Shown: positions 9,069 to 19,100 of the stretch, piece after piece
How positions within the stretch are numbered: position 1 is the stretch's first letter
Layout of the letters: each line of letters starts with the position of its first letter
Assembly (NCBI GenBank): GCA_020444325.1
Contig: JAHLLD010000001.1
Location: forward strand, 580,964-644,963
Source: a bacterium
GTDB taxonomy: Bacteria; Bacteroidota; Ignavibacteria; SZUA-365
Reading direction: 5' to 3'
Length of the DNA stretch: 64,000 nucleotides
The notes under the pieces: generated by a model
What the model was told of the DNA's origin: nothing
The model's database searches: none
Seen by the model: the letters and a program-made list of their open reading frames with translations, nothing else
Made by a program: the position numbers and the translations under genes

Positions 9069-9943
9069 TTATGCAGTTTCTGCATATTTTCAGCGTGCTT
9101 CTGCTGCTCGTCGCCTTTGCCGGCTGTGAGCAGACTCTGGATATCAACGAGATCCAGGAGGAAGAAAAACTCGTGGTCTGTGGCGGCGTGTTCGTTACCC
9201 CCGATTCCCTGTTTACGAATTTCTGGTTTCAGCGCACCGGATCCCTGGGCAAAGCCTACCGCGGTGAAGATATGATAGTCAGCAATGTCGATCTCACTCT
9301 GCAGAGCGGAGGGCAGGATATTCCACTCCCGCAGAATAAAGGCTGGTATTACGGGGAAACCATGGACCGTGAGCTGATGTCCGCCCGGCGTCACGCAGCC
9401 ACCGGGGGAGCAACGGATTTCACCCTCAGCTTCTTCTGGAAAGAACACCGCATCCCCGTCGAGTTGCACGCCCCCGAGCTGCCGGTTTCGCTTCCAGCCG
9501 TAAACATCACTGAAGCGATGCAGGACGGTACACCGAGCTACGAAATCGCGTACGCCTACCCTGATTTCCGGGATTATAGTGAAGTAGTCATCTACTTTGA
9601 TATTTTTATTGATTCGACGAAACAATGGCAAGACTATGTGCGGGCCCGCGTGAACAATTGGCTCAACTGGCCATTTACCGTGGTGAACGGTATGCGTCTA
9701 TATACACTCCGCGATTGGCGTCCCGTAAACACCATTGCACGCTTCCGATACCGTATCCAAATTTCCGATGCTGTCCAGACAGAGGCTCGCAGGGCCATGC
9801 ACCTCCAGGCGCAACATTACACTGACGACGAACTGCACCCCGTCTTTCGTCCCACCGGCAGCAATCCGGATTTCAACGTGTACGGAGACGGCACGGGGTT
9901 TGTCTGGTACGAGAGGTTGGGACCATGGATAGAAATTCCGTAG
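9065..9943 (+). CDS. Lipoprotein, DUF4249-like, tandem paralog (copy 2)
   Basis: Signal MIMQFLHIFSVLLLLVAFAGCEQT. C-terminus ...GDGTGFVWYERLG matches copy 1. Its start overlaps the stop of copy 1 (9065-9068). Confidence 0.5.
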   Translation: MIMQFLHIFSVLLLLVAFAGCEQTLDINEIQEEEKLVVCGGVFVTPDSLFTNFWFQRTGSLGKAYRGEDMIVSNVDLTLQSGGQDIPLPQNKGWYYGETMDRELMSARRHAATGGATDFTLSFFWKEHRIPVELHAPELPVSLPAVNITEAMQDGTPSYEIAYAYPDFRDYSEVVIYFDIFIDSTKQWQDYVRARVNNWLNWPFTVVNGMRLYTLRDWRPVNTIARFRYRIQISDAVQTEARRAMHLQAQHYTDDELHPVFRPTGSNPDFNVYGDGTGFVWYERLGPWIEIP

Positions 9944-9946
9944 GAT

Positions 9947-10651
9947 ATGCGCATGTCTGAAGAACGACCTGAACCCCGGCCCGGCACCCTGTACGTAGTG
10001 TCCACTCCCATCGGCAACATGGATGACATCACACTGCGCGCGCTGCGCCTGCTGCGCGAGGTGGACCTCATCGCGGCTGAGGACACGCGCACGACCCGCA
10101 ACCTGCTGCGTCATCACGGCATCGAGACCGAGTGCATCAGCTATTACGCGCGCAATGAAACGCAGCGCATTCCCATGCTGATCGATCATCTGCTCGCACC
10201 ACGCTCGCTGGCCGTCGTCTCGGATGCCGGTACGCCCGGTGTGTCCGATCCCGCCGCGCTCCTCATCGCCGCCGCGGTAGAGAACGACATCGAAGTCATT
10301 CCCATCCCCGGCGCATCCGCTGCGCTCGCGGCACTGGTGGCGAGTGGACTGCAGATGGACCGCTTCCACTTCGAGGGCTTCCTCCCGATCAAAAAACGGC
10401 GCCGCAGCCGCATCGAAGCATTGAAAGACGAAACGCGCACGGTCATCATGTATGAATCCGTGCACCGTCTCGTGAAAACGCTTCAGGAATTGCACGAGAT
10501 GCTGGGCGACAGGCGCGTATCGGTCTCCCGTGAAATCACCAAGCGCTTTGAGGAAACCGTGCGCGGCAGCCTTTCCGAAGTCCTCGCCCATTTTCAGGAG
10601 CATCCCCCGAAGGGCGAATTCGTCATCGTTCTCGAAGGCAGCAGGGAATAG
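9947..10651 (+). CDS. rsmI: 16S rRNA (cytidine1402-2'-O)-methyltransferase RsmI
   Basis: GTLYVVSTPIGNMDDITLRALRLLREVDLIAAEDTRTTRNLL...VSDAGTPGVSDP...FEGFLP is the canonical tetrapyrrole-methylase-fold RsmI sequence. Confidence 0.9.
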   Translation: MRMSEERPEPRPGTLYVVSTPIGNMDDITLRALRLLREVDLIAAEDTRTTRNLLRHHGIETECISYYARNETQRIPMLIDHLLAPRSLAVVSDAGTPGVSDPAALLIAAAVENDIEVIPIPGASAALAALVASGLQMDRFHFEGFLPIKKRRRSRIEALKDETRTVIMYESVHRLVKTLQELHEMLGDRRVSVSREITKRFEETVRGSLSEVLAHFQEHPPKGEFVIVLEGSRE

Positions 10652-10660
10652 CTTTCCCGT

Positions 10661-10698
10661 TTTTCCACCTGTCCTCTGCTTTTTTCCACCTGTCCTCT
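10661..10698. repeat. Direct repeat of 17-18 bp (ttttccacctgtcctct), two adjacent copies
   Basis: Read directly: ttttccacctgtcctct gc tttttccacctgtcctct. It lies in the intergenic region between rsmI and the downstream lipoprotein gene. Confidence 0.6.
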
Positions 10699-10822
10699 TC
10701 CCCAGCCTGCACGCAGTGGATTGATTTCACGCATCTGTGTGTTGTGATTAGTACACGCACATCTCAATCCGCGCTGCGCGCAATGACACAATCCTCTGGA
10801 CAATGCTTTGGAGAAAACAGCC

Positions 10823-11209
10823 ATGAAATACCTCCCCATTATCGCCCTGCTCCTGTTGCTTTCAGCCTGCGGAGCAGAGGCACCGTTGAAAGAGAGAATT
10901 GTCGGGAGCTGGGACATGACACAGGTTCTGCACAACGGCAAGGACGTCACGGCAGAGCATGATCCGAAAAACACGCGAAGCATCACCTTCCATGACGATG
11001 GTACTTTCATGAGCGAAGGATTCCCGGTCGGAACCAATACCGGGAAATGGTCCATCGCACCGAAAACCAAAGAGCTGTTCATCGACAGTGATGCAGGGGA
11101 GGGAGATGACAGCTACTGGTTCGTCGATCTCGAGGGAAATCGCATGGTCTGGGAAGGTGCACGTGGATATGCCACCGAATTCACCCTGATACAAACACGC
11201 ATCGAGTAG
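10823..11209 (+). CDS. Small lipoprotein, lipocalin-like
   Basis: MKYLPIIALLLLLSACGAEA is a lipobox signal. The pattern ...GSWDMTQV...TFHDDGTF...WSIAPKTKELFID...WFVDLEGNRMVW resembles lipocalin-like small lipoproteins. The listed ORF starts 15 nt further upstream, at 10808. Confidence 0.5.
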   Translation: MKYLPIIALLLLLSACGAEAPLKERIVGSWDMTQVLHNGKDVTAEHDPKNTRSITFHDDGTFMSEGFPVGTNTGKWSIAPKTKELFIDSDAGEGDDSYWFVDLEGNRMVWEGARGYATEFTLIQTRIE

Positions 11210-11212
11210 AAA

Positions 11213-11893
11213 ATGGCAGGCTTCGAAAAGAAAACCCGGATTTCCTGGGCAAACCACCTCATTGAACTCCTTGTCGTGTTCGTCGGTATTACGACCGCAT
11301 TCATGCTGAACAACTGGTGGGAGGACGAAAAGGACCGGGACCGTGAACAGCAGTACCTGCGCAGTTTTGTGGATGAACTTGAGGGAGATGCGGTTCGGCT
11401 CGACACAATTCTCGCTCAGAACGAAAGGAACCTCTCCGTAATAGAGACCATCGTGGGGAAGCTGTTGCAAGGTGAGATCTCAGAGGACTCCCTCATGATT
11501 GCAGTCAGTCAGATGGTACAGATCAGCCTCTTTATTCCGAAAACAAACGCATACGAATCAGCGAAATACAGTGATGGCTTCACCCTTCTAAGAGATTACG
11601 AGCTCAAGACAAAACTGATAGGATATTATGAACGCTATGAGGGAAAGAAGCTGGTCGAAGAATATTTTCGCATGTACATCGATCGCTACATTCTCCCCTA
11701 CCTTTTCAATCACATCGATATGCTCAGCGGAACGCTGCGCCATCGGGACTCCATCGATGTGGTGCAGGTGAAAAACCTTATCGCCGGATACAATCAGCTG
11801 CTCGTACAAATGGTGAAAGTCTATCGTGAACTGGATGAAGCGAACAATGAGTTGCGCGCGTCGCTCAGCGGTGCGGTGCAACTCGAAGAGTAA
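11213..11893 (+). CDS. Hypothetical single-pass membrane protein
   Basis: One N-terminal TM segment (LIELLVVFVGITTAFML). No recognisable catalytic motif. The gene appears lower in GC than its neighbours. Confidence 0.45.
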   Translation: MAGFEKKTRISWANHLIELLVVFVGITTAFMLNNWWEDEKDRDREQQYLRSFVDELEGDAVRLDTILAQNERNLSVIETIVGKLLQGEISEDSLMIAVSQMVQISLFIPKTNAYESAKYSDGFTLLRDYELKTKLIGYYERYEGKKLVEEYFRMYIDRYILPYLFNHIDMLSGTLRHRDSIDVVQVKNLIAGYNQLLVQMVKVYRELDEANNELRASLSGAVQLEE

Positions 11894-12030
11894 ACCCACC
11901 TCTCCTCCCCACTCTTGCATCTCATGCAGGATTCTACGACCTTAAAGCGGTCAAACATGACATTATTTATCGTGTTGCATCGGGATTCCGCCCTCCGGCA
12001 ATCCCATGCGTCCCTATTTCGAGGAGAGCC

Positions 12031-14127
12031 ATGAGACAGTTCATACATATCCTGTTCGTTTCCTTATTCACGACAGCAATCGTATCAGCCCAGTCCGTCA
12101 GCTGGCAGAATGTCGGTCCCTTCGGCGGCGAAGTGAATGACATCATTACACTTGAGAGCGGGGTGATGTATGCCGGTACGACGTATGGAGGGATATACAG
12201 GTCCACCGATGGAGGAATGCACTGGGAACTCGCGACAGCTGGACTCAGTCATGCGTTTCAGTACAACTACTGTTACAGTCTGGAAACCGATGCTGATGGC
12301 GTGCTGTATGCCGGGACGCATTACGGGCTGTACCGCACGACGGATGATGGCGCGACATGGACGCAGCACACCGAGGGATTGGACAACTGGACGCGTATCC
12401 AGGTGCTGCTCAACGATGGAAACGGAACGCTGTTTGGGGGAGTGTACAACAGCGGGGTGTACCGGTCCACCGACAGGGGGGAAACATGGAGCGAATCGAA
12501 TGAGGGACTGAGTAATACCTCGGTCAACGATCTGGCCGTGGATTCCGAGGGACGGCTGTATGCTGCGACGGAGAACGGATTGTTTCGTTCCATCGACAAT
12601 GGCGACAGCTGGACGGAGATGAGCGAGGGACTCGAATACTCCTGGGTGAATTCACTTTTCATCACTCCAGGCGATACAATAATTGCAGGAGGCAGAGGCT
12701 CTTCGAGTATCAGCGTGGACCATGGAGCGACCTGGACCCCGGGGCTCTCCTTCGGCTGGCACTGGACAGTGTACGCGGATGCGGATGGCAGCTTCTATGC
12801 AGGTGGAAATACAGGTATTGTGTTCAAATCCACCGACAGGGGAAGCAGCTACGAGACAGTTACCAAGGTGCCTGATGCGACCTTCCACAGAATGCAGCCG
12901 TCGGCACGCGGTGGCATTATTGCAGCAACGGAGAACCACGGTGTCATCGAATCCATGGACGGTGGTCTCACATGGGAAAGCAGAAACAGCGGACTTGCAG
13001 CCACCGATGTCATCGAGCTCGTCCACGGAGACGCCGGCCTGTTCGCGGGTACCTACGAAGGCGTGTATCACAGCACGGATGACGGTGCCACATGGATGCA
13101 TCGCGTGACGGAGGAAAGCGGTGTGAATTTCCGCGCATTGGGTATCAGCAGCAGCGGCCGTCTCTTCGGTAGTGCCTCCGGTGTCATATCCATCAGTGAT
13201 GACAACGGTGTCACCTGGCGGTATGGTGACAGTACACTCACTGAAACGTGGGCCGACTGTTTCGGCTTCGGTCCGAACAACACGGTCTACGCCTGCTACT
13301 GGGATGGCATTTTCCGTTCCACCAACGGAGGGGACAGCTGGTCTGAGATCAGTAAAATCGAGGGTGTCGCGAAACAGGTGTGCTATGTCACGCCGGCGGG
13401 AAGCATCATCATCGGGACCAGGAAAGACGGTCTGTTTCGTTCGACCGATGGCGGGTTAACATTTACTCAGGTGCCGAGCGCGGGATGGGACAATGACGAC
13501 CACACCGCCATCATTGAAGCGGCAAACGGCGATCTCCTGCTTACGAATTTCAATGGCGTGTTCCGTTCCTCTGATGACGGCGTGAGCTGGACCATGCTCG
13601 GGCAGGTACCGACGTATGGCGTGAAAGACATCGCGGAGGATTCAAAGGGAAACCTGTTCATCGCCTCGCGCGGAGGCGGGGTTGCCGTATCCACCGATGG
13701 CGGTGCGACGTGGACTGAGGTCAACGACGAACTCGGTCATCTCGTTGCGTATGCATTGTACATCGACGATCAGGACAATATTTACGTCGGAACCCGGGGC
13801 GGCGGCGTATTCAAAGGACGATTCAGCCTCACCGCCGTCGAGCAGACGCCGGTTCTTCGTCCCTCGACTGTCACACTGCACGCGAATTACCCCAACCCCT
13901 TCAATCCCGGTACCACCATTCCCTTCACTCTCAGCACGGCTGCGGAGATTTCGCTCATCGTATATGATGCGCTCGGTCGCAAGGTTGCGACCATCGCCGC
14001 GGGACACTATGGCGCAGGAACGCATCGCGTATACTTTGACGCAAAGGATCTCCCGGGCGGCGTCTATTCGGCGCGGCTTTCCGCAGGCGCTTCGATGCAG
14101 CACATTCGCATGTTGCTGCTGAAATAA
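12031..14127 (+). CDS. Secreted BNR/Asp-box (sialidase/Ycf48-like) beta-propeller repeat protein with a T9SS C-terminal sorting domain
   Basis: Signal MRQFIHILFVSLFTTAIVSAQS. Many repeats of the S-x-D-x-G-x-T-W type (STDGGMHW, TTDDGATW, STDRGETW, SIDNGDSW, ...). The last roughly 80 aa, VTLHANYPNPFNPGTTIPFTL...GGVYSARL..., is a type-A T9SS C-terminal domain. Confidence 0.7.
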   Translation: MRQFIHILFVSLFTTAIVSAQSVSWQNVGPFGGEVNDIITLESGVMYAGTTYGGIYRSTDGGMHWELATAGLSHAFQYNYCYSLETDADGVLYAGTHYGLYRTTDDGATWTQHTEGLDNWTRIQVLLNDGNGTLFGGVYNSGVYRSTDRGETWSESNEGLSNTSVNDLAVDSEGRLYAATENGLFRSIDNGDSWTEMSEGLEYSWVNSLFITPGDTIIAGGRGSSSISVDHGATWTPGLSFGWHWTVYADADGSFYAGGNTGIVFKSTDRGSSYETVTKVPDATFHRMQPSARGGIIAATENHGVIESMDGGLTWESRNSGLAATDVIELVHGDAGLFAGTYEGVYHSTDDGATWMHRVTEESGVNFRALGISSSGRLFGSASGVISISDDNGVTWRYGDSTLTETWADCFGFGPNNTVYACYWDGIFRSTNGGDSWSEISKIEGVAKQVCYVTPAGSIIIGTRKDGLFRSTDGGLTFTQVPSAGWDNDDHTAIIEAANGDLLLTNFNGVFRSSDDGVSWTMLGQVPTYGVKDIAEDSKGNLFIASRGGGVAVSTDGGATWTEVNDELGHLVAYALYIDDQDNIYVGTRGGGVFKGRFSLTAVEQTPVLRPSTVTLHANYPNPFNPGTTIPFTLSTAAEISLIVYDALGRKVATIAAGHYGAGTHRVYFDAKDLPGGVYSARLSAGASMQHIRMLLLK

Positions 14128-14165
14128 CACGTCGTACAGAAACTCCCGTCTGTCGCAAAGTGAAA

Positions 14166-14198
14166 GCGCCCTCGAAATATTCTCGAGGGCGCCTTTTT
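14166..14198. terminator. Bidirectional rho-independent terminator between convergent genes
   Basis: gcgccctcga(aatattc)tcgagggcgc is a perfect 10-bp stem followed by ttttt. It lies between the stop of the 12031..14127 gene and the stop of the OmpA gene at 14198. Confidence 0.6.
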
Positions 14199-16153
14199 CA
14201 TATCGGCGTCTTGACTTCAACCGCGACGGTGCGGCAATAAAATCTCCCCTCTGGTAAATCGTTGTCGTAGAGTTCCGGCGCCTCGCCGATGCCGCGGGCG
14301 GAGAGTTTCCTGTAGGACGGCTTTTCTTCAAGCAACAGCGCTTTGACGTTTTCCGCGCGGGCAGTAGAGAGCTGCTGGTTGTGATCCGCCTCCCCCAGCC
14401 TGTCAGTGGAACCGGTAATCTCGACCGAGGATGTCGACTTGATGGCCTCCCCGACGAAACGCCGGATCATGCGGCGGTTGTGCGGAAGAATATCGGAGCG
14501 GTCGAAATCAAAAACGATCAGCGACAGCCTCCCGATTTCAAACGAATTCTGTTTTTTGTGCACGGGAATCACCATCGACGATGCCGCTGTCAGTCCCCGC
14601 GTATCCTTCACCTTCAGTTCTGCCGTGAGCGCGTCTTCTCCACGCACGCGCGCTGCAAGCAAATCGTCGAGCTGCCAGCGCAGTTTCGCGGGGGGAGCGC
14701 CTTTTCCCTCAAAGGATGCCACCGCTTCCTCGCCGTGCAGCACCGTCATCGACCAGCGCTCCATCGCCGCTGTGCCTTCTGCACCGAGCAGCAATTCCAT
14801 TTCCGGGGGGGTGATGTCGTATTCACTCAGGTGTTCATGCACGACGGGACGGAACACTTCATCGTATTCCGACATGATTTCCACGCGGCGGTTTTCCTCA
14901 TCGCCTTCCGCATAGGCCTGGCTCGATGGCATCTGCGGCAGCTTCTGCGTACTCAGCGCAATACGGCTGCTGTCAATTCCCCATACATCGATGAAATATC
15001 TGCGCACCGTGTTTGCGCGGCTGTAGGCAAGATCCGTATTCCCGCGTTCCTCGCCCTTGTCGTCCGTCGATCCGACGAGGGTGATGCGAATTTCAGGATT
15101 CAGACGCAGCCGGCGTCCGACGATATCCAGCAGATGATAGTATATCGCCATGGTTTTTCTGGGCAGTCCACTTTCAGTAAAGGCCGCGGTATTGCGCGCG
15201 TCCATGATGCGATACTTGTCCGGAAGCCGGGCGGAGTTTTTCTCAAAGAACACATACGGAAGCAGTGGAAAGGTTTCCGTGACGAAGGTTTCGACAATAT
15301 CGATTTCCGCATCCGTGCTGCTTCCGATGGATGCCACCGGCGGCTTCGGCGCCGGGGGTGGCGGTGGCGGTGGAGCGGGTGCGGCGGGAGGCGGTTCCTC
15401 CACGCCGGGCTCAATGCGCCAGGTCAGCGATGCCCCTGCCGAGAGCGCGGAGATGTTCCAGTCATATCCTGTCGTGGCGTCAGAGATTGGCCAGGAGTAA
15501 AGCAGCTCCGGTGAGAATTCCATCCCGCCGCTGAGCTTCAGCGTATACCCTATTCCACCGACAAGAGCACTGCGCAGCTGCGCATCATCGAACTCCCCAC
15601 TGCCGTTCGAGCGTGTGCGTGTGAAACCGGGATACAATGCCCCCTGGGGCGAAACGATGCGCTCTTCCTGTGCCCATGATGCGGCGACAACGGGGAGTCC
15701 CACCCTGAACGCCCCGGAAACAAAGAGGGGAAATGACAGCGGCGCTATTTTCCCGCCGAGTTCAAACGTCAGATAATCGAGTTCGACGTCTTTCGTGTAC
15801 TCGCGGACCAGCGGAGCAAAGGTGTTGTCCTCTCCTGTGGGTACGATGATACCGTTATCACAATACGTGCTGAGGCGTCCCCCGCGCGGAGCGTATCCGA
15901 GTCGCACGCTTCCGCGCAGCCATTCGAGAAGTTCGACTTCGCCGACCAGCGCGACGGAAATTCCTTCGCCTCTGCCCGACGTGAACGCGCCACATTCTCC
16001 TTCCGAAGCGCGCACATCCTGCCAGGTGTCATGCCAGACGCGATCATAGCCCGCGCGCAACCCGAGGTGCCAGATGGACTGGGACTTCGCGGCTGGCGTC
16101 GCGATGATGAAAAAAATGGAAAGGATGGAAAGATGAAATAATCTCCTTCTCAT
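14198..16153 (-). CDS. OmpA-family outer-membrane protein: N-terminal beta-barrel, Pro-rich linker and two OmpA-like peptidoglycan-binding domains
   Basis: Likely start at MRRRLFHLSILSIFFIIATPAAKSQ (ATG at 16153); the listed ORF extends 31 codons further upstream. Linker PPPAAPAPPPPPPPAPKPP. C-terminus ...TGSTDRLGEADHNQQLSTARAENVKALL... is the OmpA_C signature, and an internal copy reads VGSTDDKGEERGNTDLAYSRANTVRRYF. Confidence 0.8.
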   Translation of the reverse strand: MRRRLFHLSILSIFFIIATPAAKSQSIWHLGLRAGYDRVWHDTWQDVRASEGECGAFTSGRGEGISVALVGEVELLEWLRGSVRLGYAPRGGRLSTYCDNGIIVPTGEDNTFAPLVREYTKDVELDYLTFELGGKIAPLSFPLFVSGAFRVGLPVVAASWAQEERIVSPQGALYPGFTRTRSNGSGEFDDAQLRSALVGGIGYTLKLSGGMEFSPELLYSWPISDATTGYDWNISALSAGASLTWRIEPGVEEPPPAAPAPPPPPPPAPKPPVASIGSSTDAEIDIVETFVTETFPLLPYVFFEKNSARLPDKYRIMDARNTAAFTESGLPRKTMAIYYHLLDIVGRRLRLNPEIRITLVGSTDDKGEERGNTDLAYSRANTVRRYFIDVWGIDSSRIALSTQKLPQMPSSQAYAEGDEENRRVEIMSEYDEVFRPVVHEHLSEYDITPPEMELLLGAEGTAAMERWSMTVLHGEEAVASFEGKGAPPAKLRWQLDDLLAARVRGEDALTAELKVKDTRGLTAASSMVIPVHKKQNSFEIGRLSLIVFDFDRSDILPHNRRMIRRFVGEAIKSTSSVEITGSTDRLGEADHNQQLSTARAENVKALLLEEKPSYRKLSARGIGEAPELYDNDLPEGRFYCRTVAVEVKTPI

Positions 16154-16157
16154 GCTG

Positions 16158-19100
16158 CTACTCCACCACAACCATGACGCGCGTTTGCCGGTAGGTGCGC
16201 GTGCGCATTTCGTAACTGTAGATACCGCTGGAAAGTCCACTGACATCGTACGTCAGTTGATAGCGTCCGTGCGTATACCAGGTGTCGGTGAGTATGGCGA
16301 CCTCGCGTCCGCGAGCATCCCGCAGTGCGATGCGCACCGGCGTATCCTCCACCGTCTCGAACTCGATGGTGGTCAGGGCGGAAGCAGGATTCGGGTAGTT
16401 CTGCTCGAGCGCGTCGCGGTTTTCACTGATGGAGATGCTGTCGATGCCGCAGCGGGGATTGATGGTGATGGGCGTCATGCACCCGTCACCGAACAGTGCG
16501 ATGAAGAGGGTGGAATCGGATGCAAAAGTGATACTGTCGGTGCGCATGACGAACTGCATGCGGTCGGATGCCGCCACACGGAAGGAAATCCAGCCGACGG
16601 GACCCGAGGTCACCTGCTGATTGTCGCGCAGGGCGATTCGTACACCGTCAGGACGCAGGGTATCGCGCACGGGCCGGGCGGTAAACACCGGCTCGAAGCC
16701 GAGATACTCGAGCGCGCGACGGTGAAAGAGTATGGAGAAATCCAGGTCGAGCGGGTTCTGTGGAATATCGCGATTGAGAAAGACCGGGAGCCTCAGTACT
16801 TCCCCGATGTCCGCAGTGATGGTCGTGTCCATGCAAAGCGTGATCAGCCACGGCGGTGTGTACCCGCTGCCGGTGATGGAGAGTGTGGTATCGACTTCCT
16901 CGCAGCTGACGCGCGTAACGAGACGGATGCGGGCATCGTAGGCAACTGCGGCGCGGGGTCTGAAGAGAAAATCCAGGCTGCGCGATGCCCTCGGCGGAAC
17001 GCTCAGCGGAAGCGCTCCTGCGTAGGCGAACACGCCCTGGTCGGGCACAAAGCTCACGTTATCGATGATGAGAGCATCGAGATAACTCGGATTTTGAAAA
17101 GTGACACTGACCGGCATGGCTGCCGTCAGCACCGGTGTCGCCGGAAATACCACCGATGCGATGCTCGGGATGTACTGCAGCACGCGGGACCCGACGAGAT
17201 TGATGCTGTATACCTGCTGTCCCAGCCGCGTGGTTGCGGCAACGTGCAGCTGCGCAACGGATTGTACGCTGGCCACGCGCGCGGGGAAAAACCTGATGTC
17301 TATGCTGTCGGCGAAATGTGGCGGCGTGTCCCGTGGCGGCAATCCGCTGAAGGTGCGTCCCTTCCAGCTGAAGGCCGCAGCGTCCGTTCCCGTAATCCAG
17401 ATCGAGTCGATGGTGATGGGCACGCTGCCGTCGTTCACCAGTCCGATCACGCGCAGCACACTATCGCAACGTGTGGCTTCGGTGAAGACGATGGTGGACC
17501 ATGGGACGAAAAGCGGGATGATGATGCCGCGTCCCTGCAGCTGTCCGTTCGCTTCCACCGTGCACGGATTGCCCGACTGCACGGCGATGCCGCCTCCATA
17601 TGTCGTGTTGTTCGACGGCGCGAATTCCACCGTTACCAGCATGGTGTCGCGATACTGCAGGGTGCTTCCTATGGGCGGCACGGCACTGAGTACGGTAAAG
17701 CCGGCGGGCAGCGGGGGAATGGCGTCGACGACGACGGGAGTGGGACTCGGGTTGGTAATCCGCAGCACACGGGTCAGCGTGGTACCGACCTCCACATCCC
17801 CAAAATTCGTCATGGCGTCGATGGTGAGCTTCGGTTCGATATTCGTCCCTGTCAGCAACATGCGCAGCTCGCCTTCCGGTCCGTCGGTATCGAATACGAG
17901 ATCGGCGGTTTCCGTCACAAAATCCGGTGCGCCTGCGGGACAGTATTGAATGATATACTGCCGCTGTCCCCCCACGGGAAGAATTTCATTCGTCGCGGGA
18001 AGCGGCGGGAGGAAAGTGAATTTCACCGACCCGGTGATGCTGACGCTGCGCAGCGTCAGTGCGGCGCCGGTATTGTTGGTCACTGTCACCGTATCCTGCC
18101 TGCACTGGCAGTTGATCACATTTCCCGCCTGCAGATAACCGGGATCGAACACCAACGAGCCGAACACCCCGTTCCCTTCCAGAATTACGCGTTTGATGAT
18201 CTGGCAGCCGACGTCCTGAAAATTCAGTGTGTCGCGGTAGAATACCGGGTTGAGCGGACGAAAGTTCACGTTCACCGTTGCAGCGCTGCCAGGTGCGATG
18301 TTGACCCGGTTCCCGCCCATGATCGAAAACACGCGGCCTGAACTGAGGTACATGAATACGTCTCTCGTATCGATACCGTTGTTGTCGATCGTCACCGGCA
18401 GGGTTGCCGACTGTCCGACGATCACATTTCCGAACTGTACGAGCGAGTCGCGGGCGGACAGCTGCACATCAACAATGCGTCCATCGAGCGGGATGTCCCT
18501 GTACACAATACAGCCGCGGAAATTCATGCGTATGCGCGCCGTGTCGGTGTAGTATCCCTCGACCGACGACTGGAAACGAATGTACATGCGATGTGATCGT
18601 CCCACCCGCGCGGTGAACGGCAGAGTGGTGGGGGTGGAAAACACCGGGTTGCTGAATTCGATAGCCTCGACCACGAAGGGCTCGTTCGTGCGGTTCGTCA
18701 GGTAAAACTGTTCCGCCAGGTTGAGGGACCGACGACAGGGCTGATTCGGGCGGTCGAAGCTGATCGAAGAAAGCGTGAGGCGAGCAATGTCAACATTCCT
18801 CCCGAATAATGGCACACGTCCACTGCCGGGACAGACGTCATCCGACGCAATCAGCAGCGTATCGACGAAACTGCCGGTATCCGCCGGAGCGAAACTGAGA
18901 AGCACATCGCGGCAGTCACCCGGCTGCAGCGTGACAGGCAGCGTCCAGCCTCCACCCGGTACCGCGGTAAACGCCGGTGAAGAAGTCAGCAGCGACGTCA
19001 CGGTAATGGGTCCTCCGCTGGTATTGCAGATCTGCAGCGTGGTATCGCTTGTGCTCTGATTCACGCAGCCGAACAGCGTATCGAACACCACGCGTCCGGG

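Noticed and set aside
9698-10603. 301-aa minus-strand ORF overlapping rsmI
   Set aside because: rsmI on the plus strand is unambiguous. The antisense frame has no recognisable features.
14381-15514. 377-aa plus-strand ORF opposite the OmpA-family gene
   Set aside because: It is antisense to a gene with signal peptide and canonical OmpA_C signatures. The frame is Arg/His-rich.
16152-18341. 729-aa ORF on the plus strand opposite the giant T9SS cargo gene
   Set aside because: It is antisense to a gene with signal peptide, LamG domain and T9SS C-terminal domain. It is rich in R/H/G/D with no signal or domains.
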